Assembly: GCA_963694825.1 (NCBI GenBank)
Contig: CAVOEV010000001.1
Span: 223-64,222, forward strand
DNA from: Planctomycetota bacterium
Lineage (GTDB): Bacteria > Planctomycetota > Planctomycetia > Planctomycetales > Planctomycetaceae
DNA length: 64,000 bases
Direction: 5' to 3'
Part shown: in pieces, positions 1-8,657 of the stretch
Layout of the letters: every line of letters begins with the position of its first letter
How positions within the stretch are numbered: position 1 is the stretch's first letter
Position numbers and translations under genes: made by a program
The notes under the pieces: model-generated
What the model was told of the DNA's origin: nothing
What the model saw: the letters and a program-made list of their open reading frames with translations, nothing else
Databases searched by the model: none

Positions 1-194
1 TCGTGATGTCGTGGCAGGCCTCGGCGACGGCTCGAGCGTCCTGAACGTCGCCGGCGAACCAGGTGACGTTGTCGAGTCCCAGGCAGCCCGGTTCGCTGCG
101 GCAGAAGACTCGGACCGATTCCCCTTGTGCCACGAGTTGCTCGACAAGGTGGCGACCCAAAAAGCCTCCACCACCTGTGACCAGATTGCTCACG
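1..194 (-). CDS. NAD-dependent epimerase/dehydratase (extended SDR / 3-beta-HSD type), N-terminal fragment; the gene continues past the window start
   Basis: My reverse-strand translation from GTG at 194 reads (M)SNLVTGGGGFLGRHLVEQLVAQGESVRVF..., a Rossmann GxxGxxG motif. It is not in the ORF track because it is truncated. It starts about 23 nt after the stop of the AMP-ligase gene. Confidence 0.65.
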
Positions 195-217
195 CGAGGC
201 TTCTCATTTCAGACGGC

Positions 218-1909
218 TCATGCCAGGTGATGAACAATCGGGTCGTTTCCGGAAGATTGGCAGCGAGCGACGCAGTTGGCGGCCCATTCTGCGAGTTGTT
301 CGCGGTTGATTTTTACATTATGTCGAATATCGACCGGGAAGTTGTCATGGAAGAGCAGGAGCGGGATCGAGTCGGTGAGTGTCGAGCCGGCGGCCGTCTG
401 CTGGAGTTCCTTAGCGAGCTGTGTGCCCGATTCGTCGTTTCGATGGCGTTCGATGACGATGGCCGGTTTCTGGTGGGGTGGTTGTCCGAGTCCGACCAGT
501 GCACTTCGGCGAACGTCGGTGTGCTGGTTGAAGATGGCTTCGCACGGGACGCTGAAGAGTGTCTCGGTTTCGGTTTGGACACGGTGTGCCTTCCGGCCGC
601 AGAACCAAAGACGGCCGATGTCGTCGAGGTAGCCGACGTCCCCCATGCGGTGCCAGGTGGTATCCTGATCGCGAACCTTGGCGGCTCGGGTGTCCGAATC
701 GCGTCGGAAGTAGCTGGTCGTCACAGAGGGGCCGCGGACAAGGATTTCGCCGATCTGGCCGTCATCCAGGATGGTCAGGTCTTGAAAGTTGAGGATCGGT
801 TCGTCGTCAATTTCGATGATGCGGACATCGACTTCGGGGAACAGTGTGCCGACACAGGTGCCTTTGCCTTGTGCCGAGCTGGCGGCGGTGTGTTTCAGGA
901 TATCGTGTCCGCTGATGACTGCGACGGGGAGTGCTTCGGTGGCTCCATAGGGTGTGTGGATGTCGGCCGAGTCGCCGGTGAGTGCGTCGCGGATCGACTC
1001 GACCACATCGGGAGGAACGGGTGCCCCGGCCGAGAGGACACGAGTGAGGCTTGGCAGGGTGATGTTGTGTTTTCGGCAGTGGCGGCCGACCCGGTCCCAG
1101 AGTGCCGGCGAACCGAACGCCTGTGTGACCTGTTGTGCTCGGATCGGTGCAACGATCCGACTCGGATCGACGGCAGCGGGTCGTGTGGGGTCGATGTCGG
1201 GGAAGACAGTGGTGACACCCATGGTGACATTGAAGAGGGCAAACAGCGGAAAGCCGGGCAGGTCGCGTTCTTTGGCCCGGATCCCGAAACGTGCCTGGAG
1301 CAGGTCGGCCTGGGCACAGAACATTCCGTGTTCGTATTTCACACCCTTGGCCGGTCCGGTGCTGCCGCTGGTGAAGATGATGGCGGCGGGGTCGTCGGAT
1401 TCGATCTGCGGGGTGAGTGAGTTGTCGGGTGTGGTCCGTTCGAGTCGCGAGTAGCTGGTCAACGCCGGAGCCAGGCCTCCGACTCGGACGTTGAGCTTCG
1501 CCTGGGGAAACCGACGTCGGTAGAGGCAGCGGGCCCATTGGACTGCCGGGAGGGCAACGAACCCGTGTGGGTCGGCCTGTTCGAGGCAGGTGATGACCTT
1601 GCGGAGTCCCATGCCGGGATCGATCAGGACGACGACCGCCCCGGCTCGGAACAGGGCAAACGTCATCGCCAGGAATTCGACTCCGGGTCGGACCATCAGC
1701 ACGATGCGTTGCCCTTGTTCGACCCCCATGTGAGCCAGACCGGTGGCAAGGCGGTCGACCAGTTGATCGAGTTCTCGGAACGTCCGTTGTGCGGTGGCCT
1801 GACCATTCCGGTCGCAGACGATGAGGGCTGGCTGATCGGGAACGAGCCGAGCCGCAGCACTCAGGCGTGCCGAGACATTGTCTCGGGTTGATGGTGTCGA
1901 AGGCGGCAT
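218..1909 (-). CDS. AMP-dependent synthetase/ligase (fatty-acid CoA ligase / OleC-like adenylating enzyme)
   Basis: 563-aa ORF with the AMP-binding motifs IIFTSGSTGPAKGV and WHRMGDVGYLDDIGRLWFCGRKAHRV. ATG at 1909. Confidence 0.9.
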   Translation of the reverse strand: MPPSTPSTRDNVSARLSAAARLVPDQPALIVCDRNGQATAQRTFRELDQLVDRLATGLAHMGVEQGQRIVLMVRPGVEFLAMTFALFRAGAVVVLIDPGMGLRKVITCLEQADPHGFVALPAVQWARCLYRRRFPQAKLNVRVGGLAPALTSYSRLERTTPDNSLTPQIESDDPAAIIFTSGSTGPAKGVKYEHGMFCAQADLLQARFGIRAKERDLPGFPLFALFNVTMGVTTVFPDIDPTRPAAVDPSRIVAPIRAQQVTQAFGSPALWDRVGRHCRKHNITLPSLTRVLSAGAPVPPDVVESIRDALTGDSADIHTPYGATEALPVAVISGHDILKHTAASSAQGKGTCVGTLFPEVDVRIIEIDDEPILNFQDLTILDDGQIGEILVRGPSVTTSYFRRDSDTRAAKVRDQDTTWHRMGDVGYLDDIGRLWFCGRKAHRVQTETETLFSVPCEAIFNQHTDVRRSALVGLGQPPHQKPAIVIERHRNDESGTQLAKELQQTAAGSTLTDSIPLLLFHDNFPVDIRHNVKINREQLAEWAANCVARCQSSGNDPIVHHLA

Positions 1910-1966
1910 GGACGAGGGGGGAGTCGAAAGCAGACGACAGTCCGGGTTGGGCAGGGTCCGGTGAAT

Positions 1967-2791
1967 TCATGCGTGTCGGATCAGCAGTTCGCCTTTTCCT
2001 AGTTCGAGGAAGTCGCCGATGTGTCGTTGATAGTTGGCATCGAGTGAGCCATCGGGGACGGGCCAGCCGAGGTCTTTGAGGTGTTTGAGGTAGAGTCTGA
2101 GAAAAGTGGGTTGGCAGTGTCCGGCGTGCCGGAACGTGGGGAGCATATCGGGTGGCGAGCTGGGGTCGAGGAACACGATGGTACCGCGTTTCATGCCGGC
2201 TCCGTGTCGAATCCCCGGTTCACCTCCGACGACGATGGTCCCGGCGATCAGGTTGACTCCAGAGAGGTCCCCGATCCGTCCGCCGACCGCGATCAGTCCC
2301 CGTCTCATCGAGTGTCCAATTTCGTTACCGGCGTTCCCGTCGACGAGGATTTCGCCCCCTGTCATGCCGAGATATCCTCCGCGGTAGACGGCTCCGGGCA
2401 GGTGTCCGACGTTTCCGTGAACATGGATCCGACCGCCGTGCATTTCGGCTCCAACCCAATCCGTCGCGTTCCCATCGACGATCACGTCTCCGCCGGTCAT
2501 TTCGGCACCAAGATGCATGCCCGCATCCCCTTCGACTCGGACGGTGCCCTCGTCGAGTCCAACGGCGATCCGTTTGACGCGATGACAATCTCCGACCCAG
2601 ACCAGTGTGTTGTCGTCCTTGGCCGAGCCGTCGGCACCGAAGAACGTGCCGAGTGGTTCTCGGACATTGCCGTGCAGCACGGTGATGGCGAGTATCTGTT
2701 TGTGGGTTTGGCCTCGGACGTCGGCGAGTCGCACGGTGTCGACTTCGATCGGAACCTTGGAGTCGTTTCGGAGTGTGAGTGTCAGCGGCAT
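1967..2791 (-). CDS. FwdC/FhcC-like GXGXG-domain protein (formylmethanofuran dehydrogenase subunit C family)
   Basis: 274-aa ORF built from glycine-rich beta-helix repeats (GDAGMHLGAEMTGGDVIVDGNA, HGGRIHVHGNVG, GGEILVDGNAGNEIG), typical of the FwdC/FhcC/GltB C-terminal domain. Confidence 0.75.
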   Translation of the reverse strand: MPLTLTLRNDSKVPIEVDTVRLADVRGQTHKQILAITVLHGNVREPLGTFFGADGSAKDDNTLVWVGDCHRVKRIAVGLDEGTVRVEGDAGMHLGAEMTGGDVIVDGNATDWVGAEMHGGRIHVHGNVGHLPGAVYRGGYLGMTGGEILVDGNAGNEIGHSMRRGLIAVGGRIGDLSGVNLIAGTIVVGGEPGIRHGAGMKRGTIVFLDPSSPPDMLPTFRHAGHCQPTFLRLYLKHLKDLGWPVPDGSLDANYQRHIGDFLELGKGELLIRHA

Positions 2792-2846
2792 GGCGGGATC
2801 GAGGCCGAAGGGAGGGGGGGCGAGTCGACGTGAATGTTCGGGTTGG

Positions 2847-2876
2847 TTGAGAACGAGTATCAGGAAGGTTTACAAT
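2847..2876 (+). promoter_or_regulatory. Candidate sigma70-type promoter (TTGAGA-N18-TACAAT) for the SDR gene
   Basis: Read directly in the AT-richer divergent intergenic region, about 115 nt upstream of ATG 2991. No experimental support. Confidence 0.3.
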
Positions 2877-2990
2877 GTGCGATTGGTGGTAGGTGTCTTG
2901 TTTTTAACCGGGTCATCGGAACCATTCAACCAACGTCGTGGATCAGCGGCGTATCGAGTGTCGGCAGAGCCGAGGGGAAGAAGGACGAGT

Positions 2991-3770
2991 ATGCAGGGAT
3001 TGTCGGGTCGTGTGGCGTTGGTGACCGGAGCGGGTCGTGGGATCGGTCGGGCCATTTGTCTGGCTTACGGTTTAGCGGGAGCGAAGGTAGCGGTTTCGGC
3101 TCGATCCGAGGACGAATTGGAGTCGCTTGTCGGTGAGATTCGTTCGGCGGGTGGTACGGCCGAGTCGTTTCCAGCGGACCTGACCGATCCTGATGTGCCG
3201 GCGACGTTGCTGGCCGCGATCGAGTCGTCTTTGGGTAGTGTCGAGGTGTTGGTGAACAATGCCGGAGTCGGCAGCAGCTCGGATCCTCGGCCACTGGTCG
3301 ATTTCGACGACGACTTTTGGGCATTGACTCTTGCGGTGAATCTGACTGCACCATACCGGCTGACGAAGCTGTCATTGCCGTCGATGATTGAATCGGGTTG
3401 GGGCCGAGTGATCACCGTGGCGTCGATCAATAGTCGGATCGGCAGTTTTCACGGTGCGGCTTATGCGGCGAGCAAGCACGGCGTGTTGGGCCTGATGCGT
3501 ACGGCCGCGTCGGAGACGGCGTCGTTGGGAGTGACGGTCAACTGCATCTGTCCGGGTCCGGTACGAACATTGATGAACGACAAGCGGATCGCCTACGACG
3601 CCGATCGGTTGGGCCGGGTGTTGGATGAGCACGAATCGGGTTTGACTCCGATTGGCGGTCGTCTGGATCCGGAGGACATTGCCCCGATGGCGGTCTACCT
3701 GGCGAGCGACGCCGGCCGAATGATCACAGGCCAGGCCTACAACATCTGCGGCGGCGTCAACATGGCGTAG
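2991..3770 (+). CDS. SDR family oxidoreductase (FabG-like 3-oxoacyl reductase)
   Basis: The ORF track lists 2607..3770. The Rossmann motif MQGLSGRVALVTGAGRGIGRA begins at ATG 2991, preceded by GAAGGACGAG. The YxxxK motif (YAASKHG) is present. The upstream part of the ORF is antisense to the FhcC-like gene. Confidence 0.9.
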   Translation: MQGLSGRVALVTGAGRGIGRAICLAYGLAGAKVAVSARSEDELESLVGEIRSAGGTAESFPADLTDPDVPATLLAAIESSLGSVEVLVNNAGVGSSSDPRPLVDFDDDFWALTLAVNLTAPYRLTKLSLPSMIESGWGRVITVASINSRIGSFHGAAYAASKHGVLGLMRTAASETASLGVTVNCICPGPVRTLMNDKRIAYDADRLGRVLDEHESGLTPIGGRLDPEDIAPMAVYLASDAGRMITGQAYNICGGVNMA

Positions 3771-3805
3771 ACGTGGCGGGCCGACTGGGTCACCGAGTTG
3801 CGTTA

Positions 3806-5467
3806 CTAGAAATTCTCTTTTGAGAATTCCGCGAACTTTTTGCCGAGGAATCTGAGGACCCCGGTTCCGAGCGTGGTACGTCCGACTACTCGGTTGTCGA
3901 CGCGTTGCAGTTTGAGTTCGAGGGTGTCCTGTCCGCCCGCGAACGCCTTGATGGCCAGCTTGCGGTCGGAGACTTCTCCCTTGGTTCCCATACGTTTGTC
4001 GAGAGCCTGGATCCAGGGACTGAGTTTGATGGCGAGGTCGAAGAAGGTGGGGTCGGACTTGTCGGGAGCCGGTTGGTCTGCCTGCTCATTGATGGCGGCC
4101 TTGAGTGCTTCGAGGGCACCGGGTCCGGCGGCGCACCAGGCGGCGTTGTCGCTGGTTCCGACGAGCAGTGTGGTCGCGTCGCCGAAGATCGAAGCGAAGT
4201 CGGCACGCAGCTTGGCGGGGACGGTCACCACGTGAAGCGTGACATCACCGATCGTCTCGGAATCGAGTTGCACATTGGTGGGTGCGGTCGAGTTGGGAAG
4301 TGCGACGAGTGCGGCTCGGAGTTGTTGTCCCTTGTGGGTCCGGATTCCAGCGACCATGACATGGGCCCCTGTGGCCGTTGGCGTGACTTGGATGAAGGCG
4401 TCGAGGAGTCCTTTGGCGAGAGTGGACTGGATGACGGTGACGACGGAGTTGAGGGCGGTTTTGCTGTTGGCTTTTTGAGCATCGGTTGCCGAGGCAGTTC
4501 GATCGATTTCGGCCTGGCTGGCCTGCTGGATGGCGGCGAGCACTGCTTGCAGGCTGGTGCGACGGAATGCATCGAGTGGATGGTTGATACGAAACGAGAG
4601 GATGGAGTCGTCGGCTCGGGACACGTTGGTAAAGTGGCTGGGCGTATTGGCGAGGTCGTTGATCGCCTTTTCGAGGTCGGTGTCGGACAGGGCCACGAGG
4701 TCGATGTCCAGGTGAGCCTGCTTGGTTTTGCGGTCGATCCGGAATCCAAGCGACAGGGCTTCTGACTCGGCAAAGAAACGCCCGGCTTCACCCCATAGCA
4801 GTTCGGTAAGTTCTCTTCGCAGAGCTATCTGTTCGCGAGTCTCGTTTTTGCGAGGCTTGATGGCTGCAAGGAGGTTGTTCTTGATCTCAACGATTTTGTC
4901 TCGACGTGCGTCCTGTCCATCTGCCGAATTCTTGATTGTGGCCGAAAGGGTATGTTGTTTGGCGAGCAGTGCGGCGGTCGCGGCAGTCGGGTTGAAGACA
5001 GCATTGACATGATTACGGTTCCCGTCGATCGTGACGTAGCTGTTTTGGTAACGCATATAGGCGAGGATCTTCTTGTTCTCGCTGAGGCGATACAGAGTCG
5101 GACTAATTTTGCGAACGGTGTAATCGAAGCCCTCGAGATTGTCCGCAATGAACTTCTTGAGATTGGACACAGGCAGTACAAAGTGGAATTCTTCTTCCTT
5201 GCTGTCCAATATGACGTTGATGGAGACGGGCTTCTTGGTGTCGATTCCGAAGAGAAACGTCTCAATGACGTCTTTGACGTTGATCCATTGCTTCTGTTCG
5301 ACCTTGGAGGTCAGGTCCAAAAGCAGCTTGATGTCCTTGAGCGCAGCGTCGGTGCTTTGGAGGACGATCTTGACCTCGGGCGGAGTACTCTGAGCTCGGG
5401 CGGGCGCTGGCAGTGCGAGGGTGGTGAGCAGTGCGAGCGTGACGAGGATGCGGGTGGGGCGGTGCAC
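3806..5467 (-). CDS. Secreted hypothetical protein
   Basis: 553-aa ORF with a GTG start and the signal peptide MHRPTRILVTLALLTTLALPAPARAQS. The composition is protein-like. I recognise no domain. Confidence 0.75.
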   Translation of the reverse strand: MHRPTRILVTLALLTTLALPAPARAQSTPPEVKIVLQSTDAALKDIKLLLDLTSKVEQKQWINVKDVIETFLFGIDTKKPVSINVILDSKEEEFHFVLPVSNLKKFIADNLEGFDYTVRKISPTLYRLSENKKILAYMRYQNSYVTIDGNRNHVNAVFNPTAATAALLAKQHTLSATIKNSADGQDARRDKIVEIKNNLLAAIKPRKNETREQIALRRELTELLWGEAGRFFAESEALSLGFRIDRKTKQAHLDIDLVALSDTDLEKAINDLANTPSHFTNVSRADDSILSFRINHPLDAFRRTSLQAVLAAIQQASQAEIDRTASATDAQKANSKTALNSVVTVIQSTLAKGLLDAFIQVTPTATGAHVMVAGIRTHKGQQLRAALVALPNSTAPTNVQLDSETIGDVTLHVVTVPAKLRADFASIFGDATTLLVGTSDNAAWCAAGPGALEALKAAINEQADQPAPDKSDPTFFDLAIKLSPWIQALDKRMGTKGEVSDRKLAIKAFAGGQDTLELKLQRVDNRVVGRTTLGTGVLRFLGKKFAEFSKENF

Positions 5468-5834
5468 TGTGCATTCCTTGAAGTCGGAGAGCGGATCTGG
5501 AGTTGGCCAAAGGGGTTCGCGGCAGGTTGCCGGGAAATGATCGGATTGGGCGGCCCAAGGTCCGGGCCAGTTCTCGCGGCCAACTCGACGGTGATTCTAT
5601 GCCGATGCGGCCAAGGTGCAACCTAAAGTGCTTGTCGCCAGGCGAGTGGGAGTTGGTAACGGAAGATAAGCACCTATGCCGACTTCGGTCGATTGGCGTG
5701 TAGATCTTGAAGGATGGATTCGGGGATGGTGTGGGCGTTGCGACGCGAACGTGCGTTCCAGTCGGTTCGGGTCTCCCATCTTGCCCAGTTTCACGGTGGT
5801 GTGTGTGTGGTTTGGTTCTGGCGTTGAGTCGGCT

Positions 5835-8360
5835 TCAGGGTTTGTCGGTGGAAGGTGTTTCAGGTGGGAGTCCTTCGAGCAGTCCGGCGAGCAGTGCGAC
5901 GGTTTCGGTGGGTAATCGGTCGGCGTGCATGGCGAAGTCCCAGGCGATTGCGTGGTGGTGGTTGGAAGCCAGTTGTGCGGCGACCAGTCGATAGGCTTCT
6001 TCGCGCCAGATGGCCAGTCGCGGGTCGCGGATGAAACCGATGAGTTGGAGGGCGTGTTTTGGCGAGTCGGATGCGGCTGCGACGGCGAGGAGTTCGAAGA
6101 GGACGCGGCGTCGGTCGAAGCGTGAGATTCGATCGGTCCGCGAACGGGCATCGGCGTTTATGGCTTGGCTGACGGCCTGGAGGTTCCCTTGCTTGAGGGC
6201 GGTGCGTGCGGTTTGGCGGAGGGTTTCGGTGGCATCGATGGTCAGCCCGGGCGGGAGTGCCTGGTTCATGGCTGTTGTGGAGTCGGTGTTGCCGGCGGCC
6301 TGGAAGTTGAGGAAGAGGAACGAGGGGAGTGTGGAGGCCAGGAATGGGTCGCGGAGCGTGGTGTCGTTGGTGAGTCCGTGTTCGCGAATGTCGTTCCAGG
6401 CAGTTGGGCCGAGTCCGTGGAGGATGGCCCAGCGATGGAGTCGGTCGAGGCAGGCGGAGCGTTGTTGAGCCAGTTTCATCCAGTCGCGGCACTTGGAGGT
6501 GTATTGTACGGCAGCCTGTCGGGCGAGATCGTCGCCGGTCAATTCGAGCATGGCTTTGACCTGTTGCACGAGTCGATTGGTGCCGGCCGATTTGATGGCT
6601 TTGAGTTTGTTGGCGATATCGGTCTGAGCTGGTCCGAGTGAGCGAGCGGTGGCGAGCGTATCGGTGAGCAGAGATCGTGCCGGGTCGAGTTGTCCGGTGA
6701 GGCAGAGTGCTCCGAGCAGTTCGGCCTGGGCTTGGGCTTTGAGCCACCAGCCGGAGACGTCATCGATGGGGCTTTGGAATGTTTGTTTGAGGTTTCCGAG
6801 TGTGACGGTTCGAGTTTCGGGGCAGATCCTGAGAGCCATTTGGGCTTGTTGAATCGAGTGGTTGGCGGCGTCCGAATTGCCGTGTCCTGCGGCGTCGAGT
6901 GCCATGCGAGCGTGGACGAGTGCGGTGACGGCAGGGTTTTGATCGGCGAGTGTGAGTTCCAGCGACTTGGCTGAGTTGGGCGAGTTGACCTGGCGTGTCG
7001 CGACGGCCCAGGCTGCGATCCGATTTGCTCGGGCGGATTCAGTGCCGGCCTGGAGTGACCACTTGAGAGCGGCGGTTGAGTGTTGGTGGCTGCAGAGTCG
7101 AGCGATGACGAGGCAGTCGGGTGACGCGTCGTTCTGCATCGAGTGGAGGTGGGTGAGTCGGTTGTCGAGGTGGAATGTGCCGTCTTGTCGGCATTGGAGT
7201 TGATCGAGTCGGAGTTGCGAGGAGAGGCTTGGATTCCAGAGTCGATTGATGGTGGATTCGGCGAGTGCCACTTGGTCGGAGGCGATCAGTGCACACGTAA
7301 GGGTGATGGCGGCGTCGACTGCGAAGGGGTTGCTGGGGCTGAGGTGGGTGGAGCTCTGGACGGCCTGTTCGAGTTGTGGTCCCGGTTTTGCGGTGCCCGG
7401 CGATTGTTCGTGCCACCACAGTTGCACGAGTGCGTTGATGTGCAGGTGTGGCAGATCGGATCCAATCTGGGCGAGTTGTTTCAGTTCGGCATGGGCGGCG
7501 TCGGTCCGCCCGATGCGGGCGAAGTATTCGGCCGTCAACCTTCGACAAAACGGTTTGCTGCGGTTTCGGTCTCGTTGTTGGGCGGCCGCGACCATGAGTG
7601 GCGGCGCCTTGAGGCGGATGGTTTCGGTCGTGAATGCTGCGGAAGCCGGATTGCTGGCGTGTGTCTGTTTGGTCGTGGCCGTGCCGTCAGAGTGGTCCTT
7701 GGCGGTTTGTGCAGGGGCCGTGGTGTTGCCTGAGGGATCTGCAGTGGTGGTAGGGTTGGTGATTGCGGTGTCGGGTGGGCGGGTCAGGAACCACCAGCCT
7801 GTGGCGGCCGCCCCGGCGACTGCGATCAGCAGCAGTGCCACGACGGGTCCACGTCCGCCGGCTGCGTTGGTCGTTTCGGGGTTGTCTGGTTCGGGTGATT
7901 GTGGTGTCTCGTCCGAGCTGGCGGGTGCTGTGAAGATGGGGACGAGGCATTCGGGGTTAGCGCATTTGACTTCGTGTCCGGCGGCTTGTCGTGGGAGGAA
8001 TCCTGGCGTGTCACACATCGGACAGTGCACCCGCCAGGTCCGTTTCCGGGTGGGTTTGGAAGCGGCGGGGACGGTTTGTTTGGAGGCGACCGGGGTGACG
8101 GCGAACGGGTCGCTGTTGTCGCTGGATGGTGCCGGAGCGGCCTTGGCCTGGGTGTTGAAGCTGCTCGGTTGTGGGCTGCCGTCAGTCGCGACTTCGTCGT
8201 GTTCGGAGTCGGTTTGGGCGGGAGTCGTGGTAGGACTGGGGTGTTGCTGGACGGAGACGCTGGTCCCGTCGCCGCTCATGGAGACGCCACAAAAGGGGCA
8301 ATGGATGGCGTCGTCGTCGAGGACCGACTGATTGCAGGCGGGGCAGCTGGGCAGATCCAT
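5835..8360 (-). CDS. Membrane protein with two N-terminal zinc ribbons, one TM helix and a large helical-repeat (TPR-like) domain
   Basis: The ORF track lists 5835..8603. The credible start is ATG 8360 (MDLPSCPACNQSVLDDDAIHCPFCG). A second ribbon is CPMCDTPGF...CANPEC, and the TM helix is VVALLLIAVAGAAATGWWFL. The 81 codons upstream are translation of a DNA tandem repeat (SPRSPR...). Confidence 0.75.
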   Translation of the reverse strand: MDLPSCPACNQSVLDDDAIHCPFCGVSMSGDGTSVSVQQHPSPTTTPAQTDSEHDEVATDGSPQPSSFNTQAKAAPAPSSDNSDPFAVTPVASKQTVPAASKPTRKRTWRVHCPMCDTPGFLPRQAAGHEVKCANPECLVPIFTAPASSDETPQSPEPDNPETTNAAGGRGPVVALLLIAVAGAAATGWWFLTRPPDTAITNPTTTADPSGNTTAPAQTAKDHSDGTATTKQTHASNPASAAFTTETIRLKAPPLMVAAAQQRDRNRSKPFCRRLTAEYFARIGRTDAAHAELKQLAQIGSDLPHLHINALVQLWWHEQSPGTAKPGPQLEQAVQSSTHLSPSNPFAVDAAITLTCALIASDQVALAESTINRLWNPSLSSQLRLDQLQCRQDGTFHLDNRLTHLHSMQNDASPDCLVIARLCSHQHSTAALKWSLQAGTESARANRIAAWAVATRQVNSPNSAKSLELTLADQNPAVTALVHARMALDAAGHGNSDAANHSIQQAQMALRICPETRTVTLGNLKQTFQSPIDDVSGWWLKAQAQAELLGALCLTGQLDPARSLLTDTLATARSLGPAQTDIANKLKAIKSAGTNRLVQQVKAMLELTGDDLARQAAVQYTSKCRDWMKLAQQRSACLDRLHRWAILHGLGPTAWNDIREHGLTNDTTLRDPFLASTLPSFLFLNFQAAGNTDSTTAMNQALPPGLTIDATETLRQTARTALKQGNLQAVSQAINADARSRTDRISRFDRRRVLFELLAVAAASDSPKHALQLIGFIRDPRLAIWREEAYRLVAAQLASNHHHAIAWDFAMHADRLPTETVALLAGLLEGLPPETPSTDKP

Positions 8361-8502
8361 GCGGCGTTCTTCCGGATTTGCAGGCCACGGGGGACCGGTG
8401 AGGATCGATGCGTCGCGCGGTGGGGTGAGACGCGGCAGTCGGGGTGTTTGGCCGGTCTGTCCTGAAGGATAACACGGTGATGGTTGAAGTGGCCAGAGCG
8501 TC

Positions 8503-8562
8503 GGTGAGCGGGGTGAGCGGGGTGAGCGGGGTGAGCGGGGTGAGCGGGGTGAGCGGGGTGAG
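8503..8562. repeat. Perfect 9-bp tandem repeat GGTGAGCGG x6 plus a partial seventh copy
   Basis: Read directly. It lies in the divergent intergenic region between gene starts at 8360 (-) and 8658 (+). On the + strand it gives GGGG tracts every 9 nt. Confidence 0.95.
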
Positions 8563-8657
8563 GTGTTTCGATGTTTCGAGTTTGTAGCGAGGAGTCGAAG
8601 CAACGCTACAATGGCGACACGGTTTTGGCGGTCCGGTATTGGGGGGGAGACGAGTTG

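Noticed and set aside
11-1420. 469-aa + strand ORF
   Set aside because: It is antisense to the well-supported AMP-ligase gene. It is G/V/D/E-rich with no motif, which is typical of high-GC shadow ORFs. The same reasoning applies to 807..1970 (-), a P/R-rich alternate frame.
5468-5834. Small ORFs (for example 5503..5703) and a possible RNA gene in the 367-bp intergenic gap
   Set aside because: I found no RBS, no protein-like composition, and no tRNA cloverleaf or obvious conserved RNA motif that I could identify by eye.
8503-8562. Possible CRISPR array or other spaced repeat
   Set aside because: The units are directly adjacent 9-mers with no spacers, and no cas genes are present. The same applies to the 12-bp repeats at 27771 and 57747, which are in-frame coding repeats.
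8361-8603. N-terminal SPRSPRSPR... extension of the 922-aa ORF
   Set aside because: It is just the translation of the 9-bp DNA tandem repeat plus upstream non-coding sequence. A clean zinc-ribbon N-terminus starts at ATG 8360.
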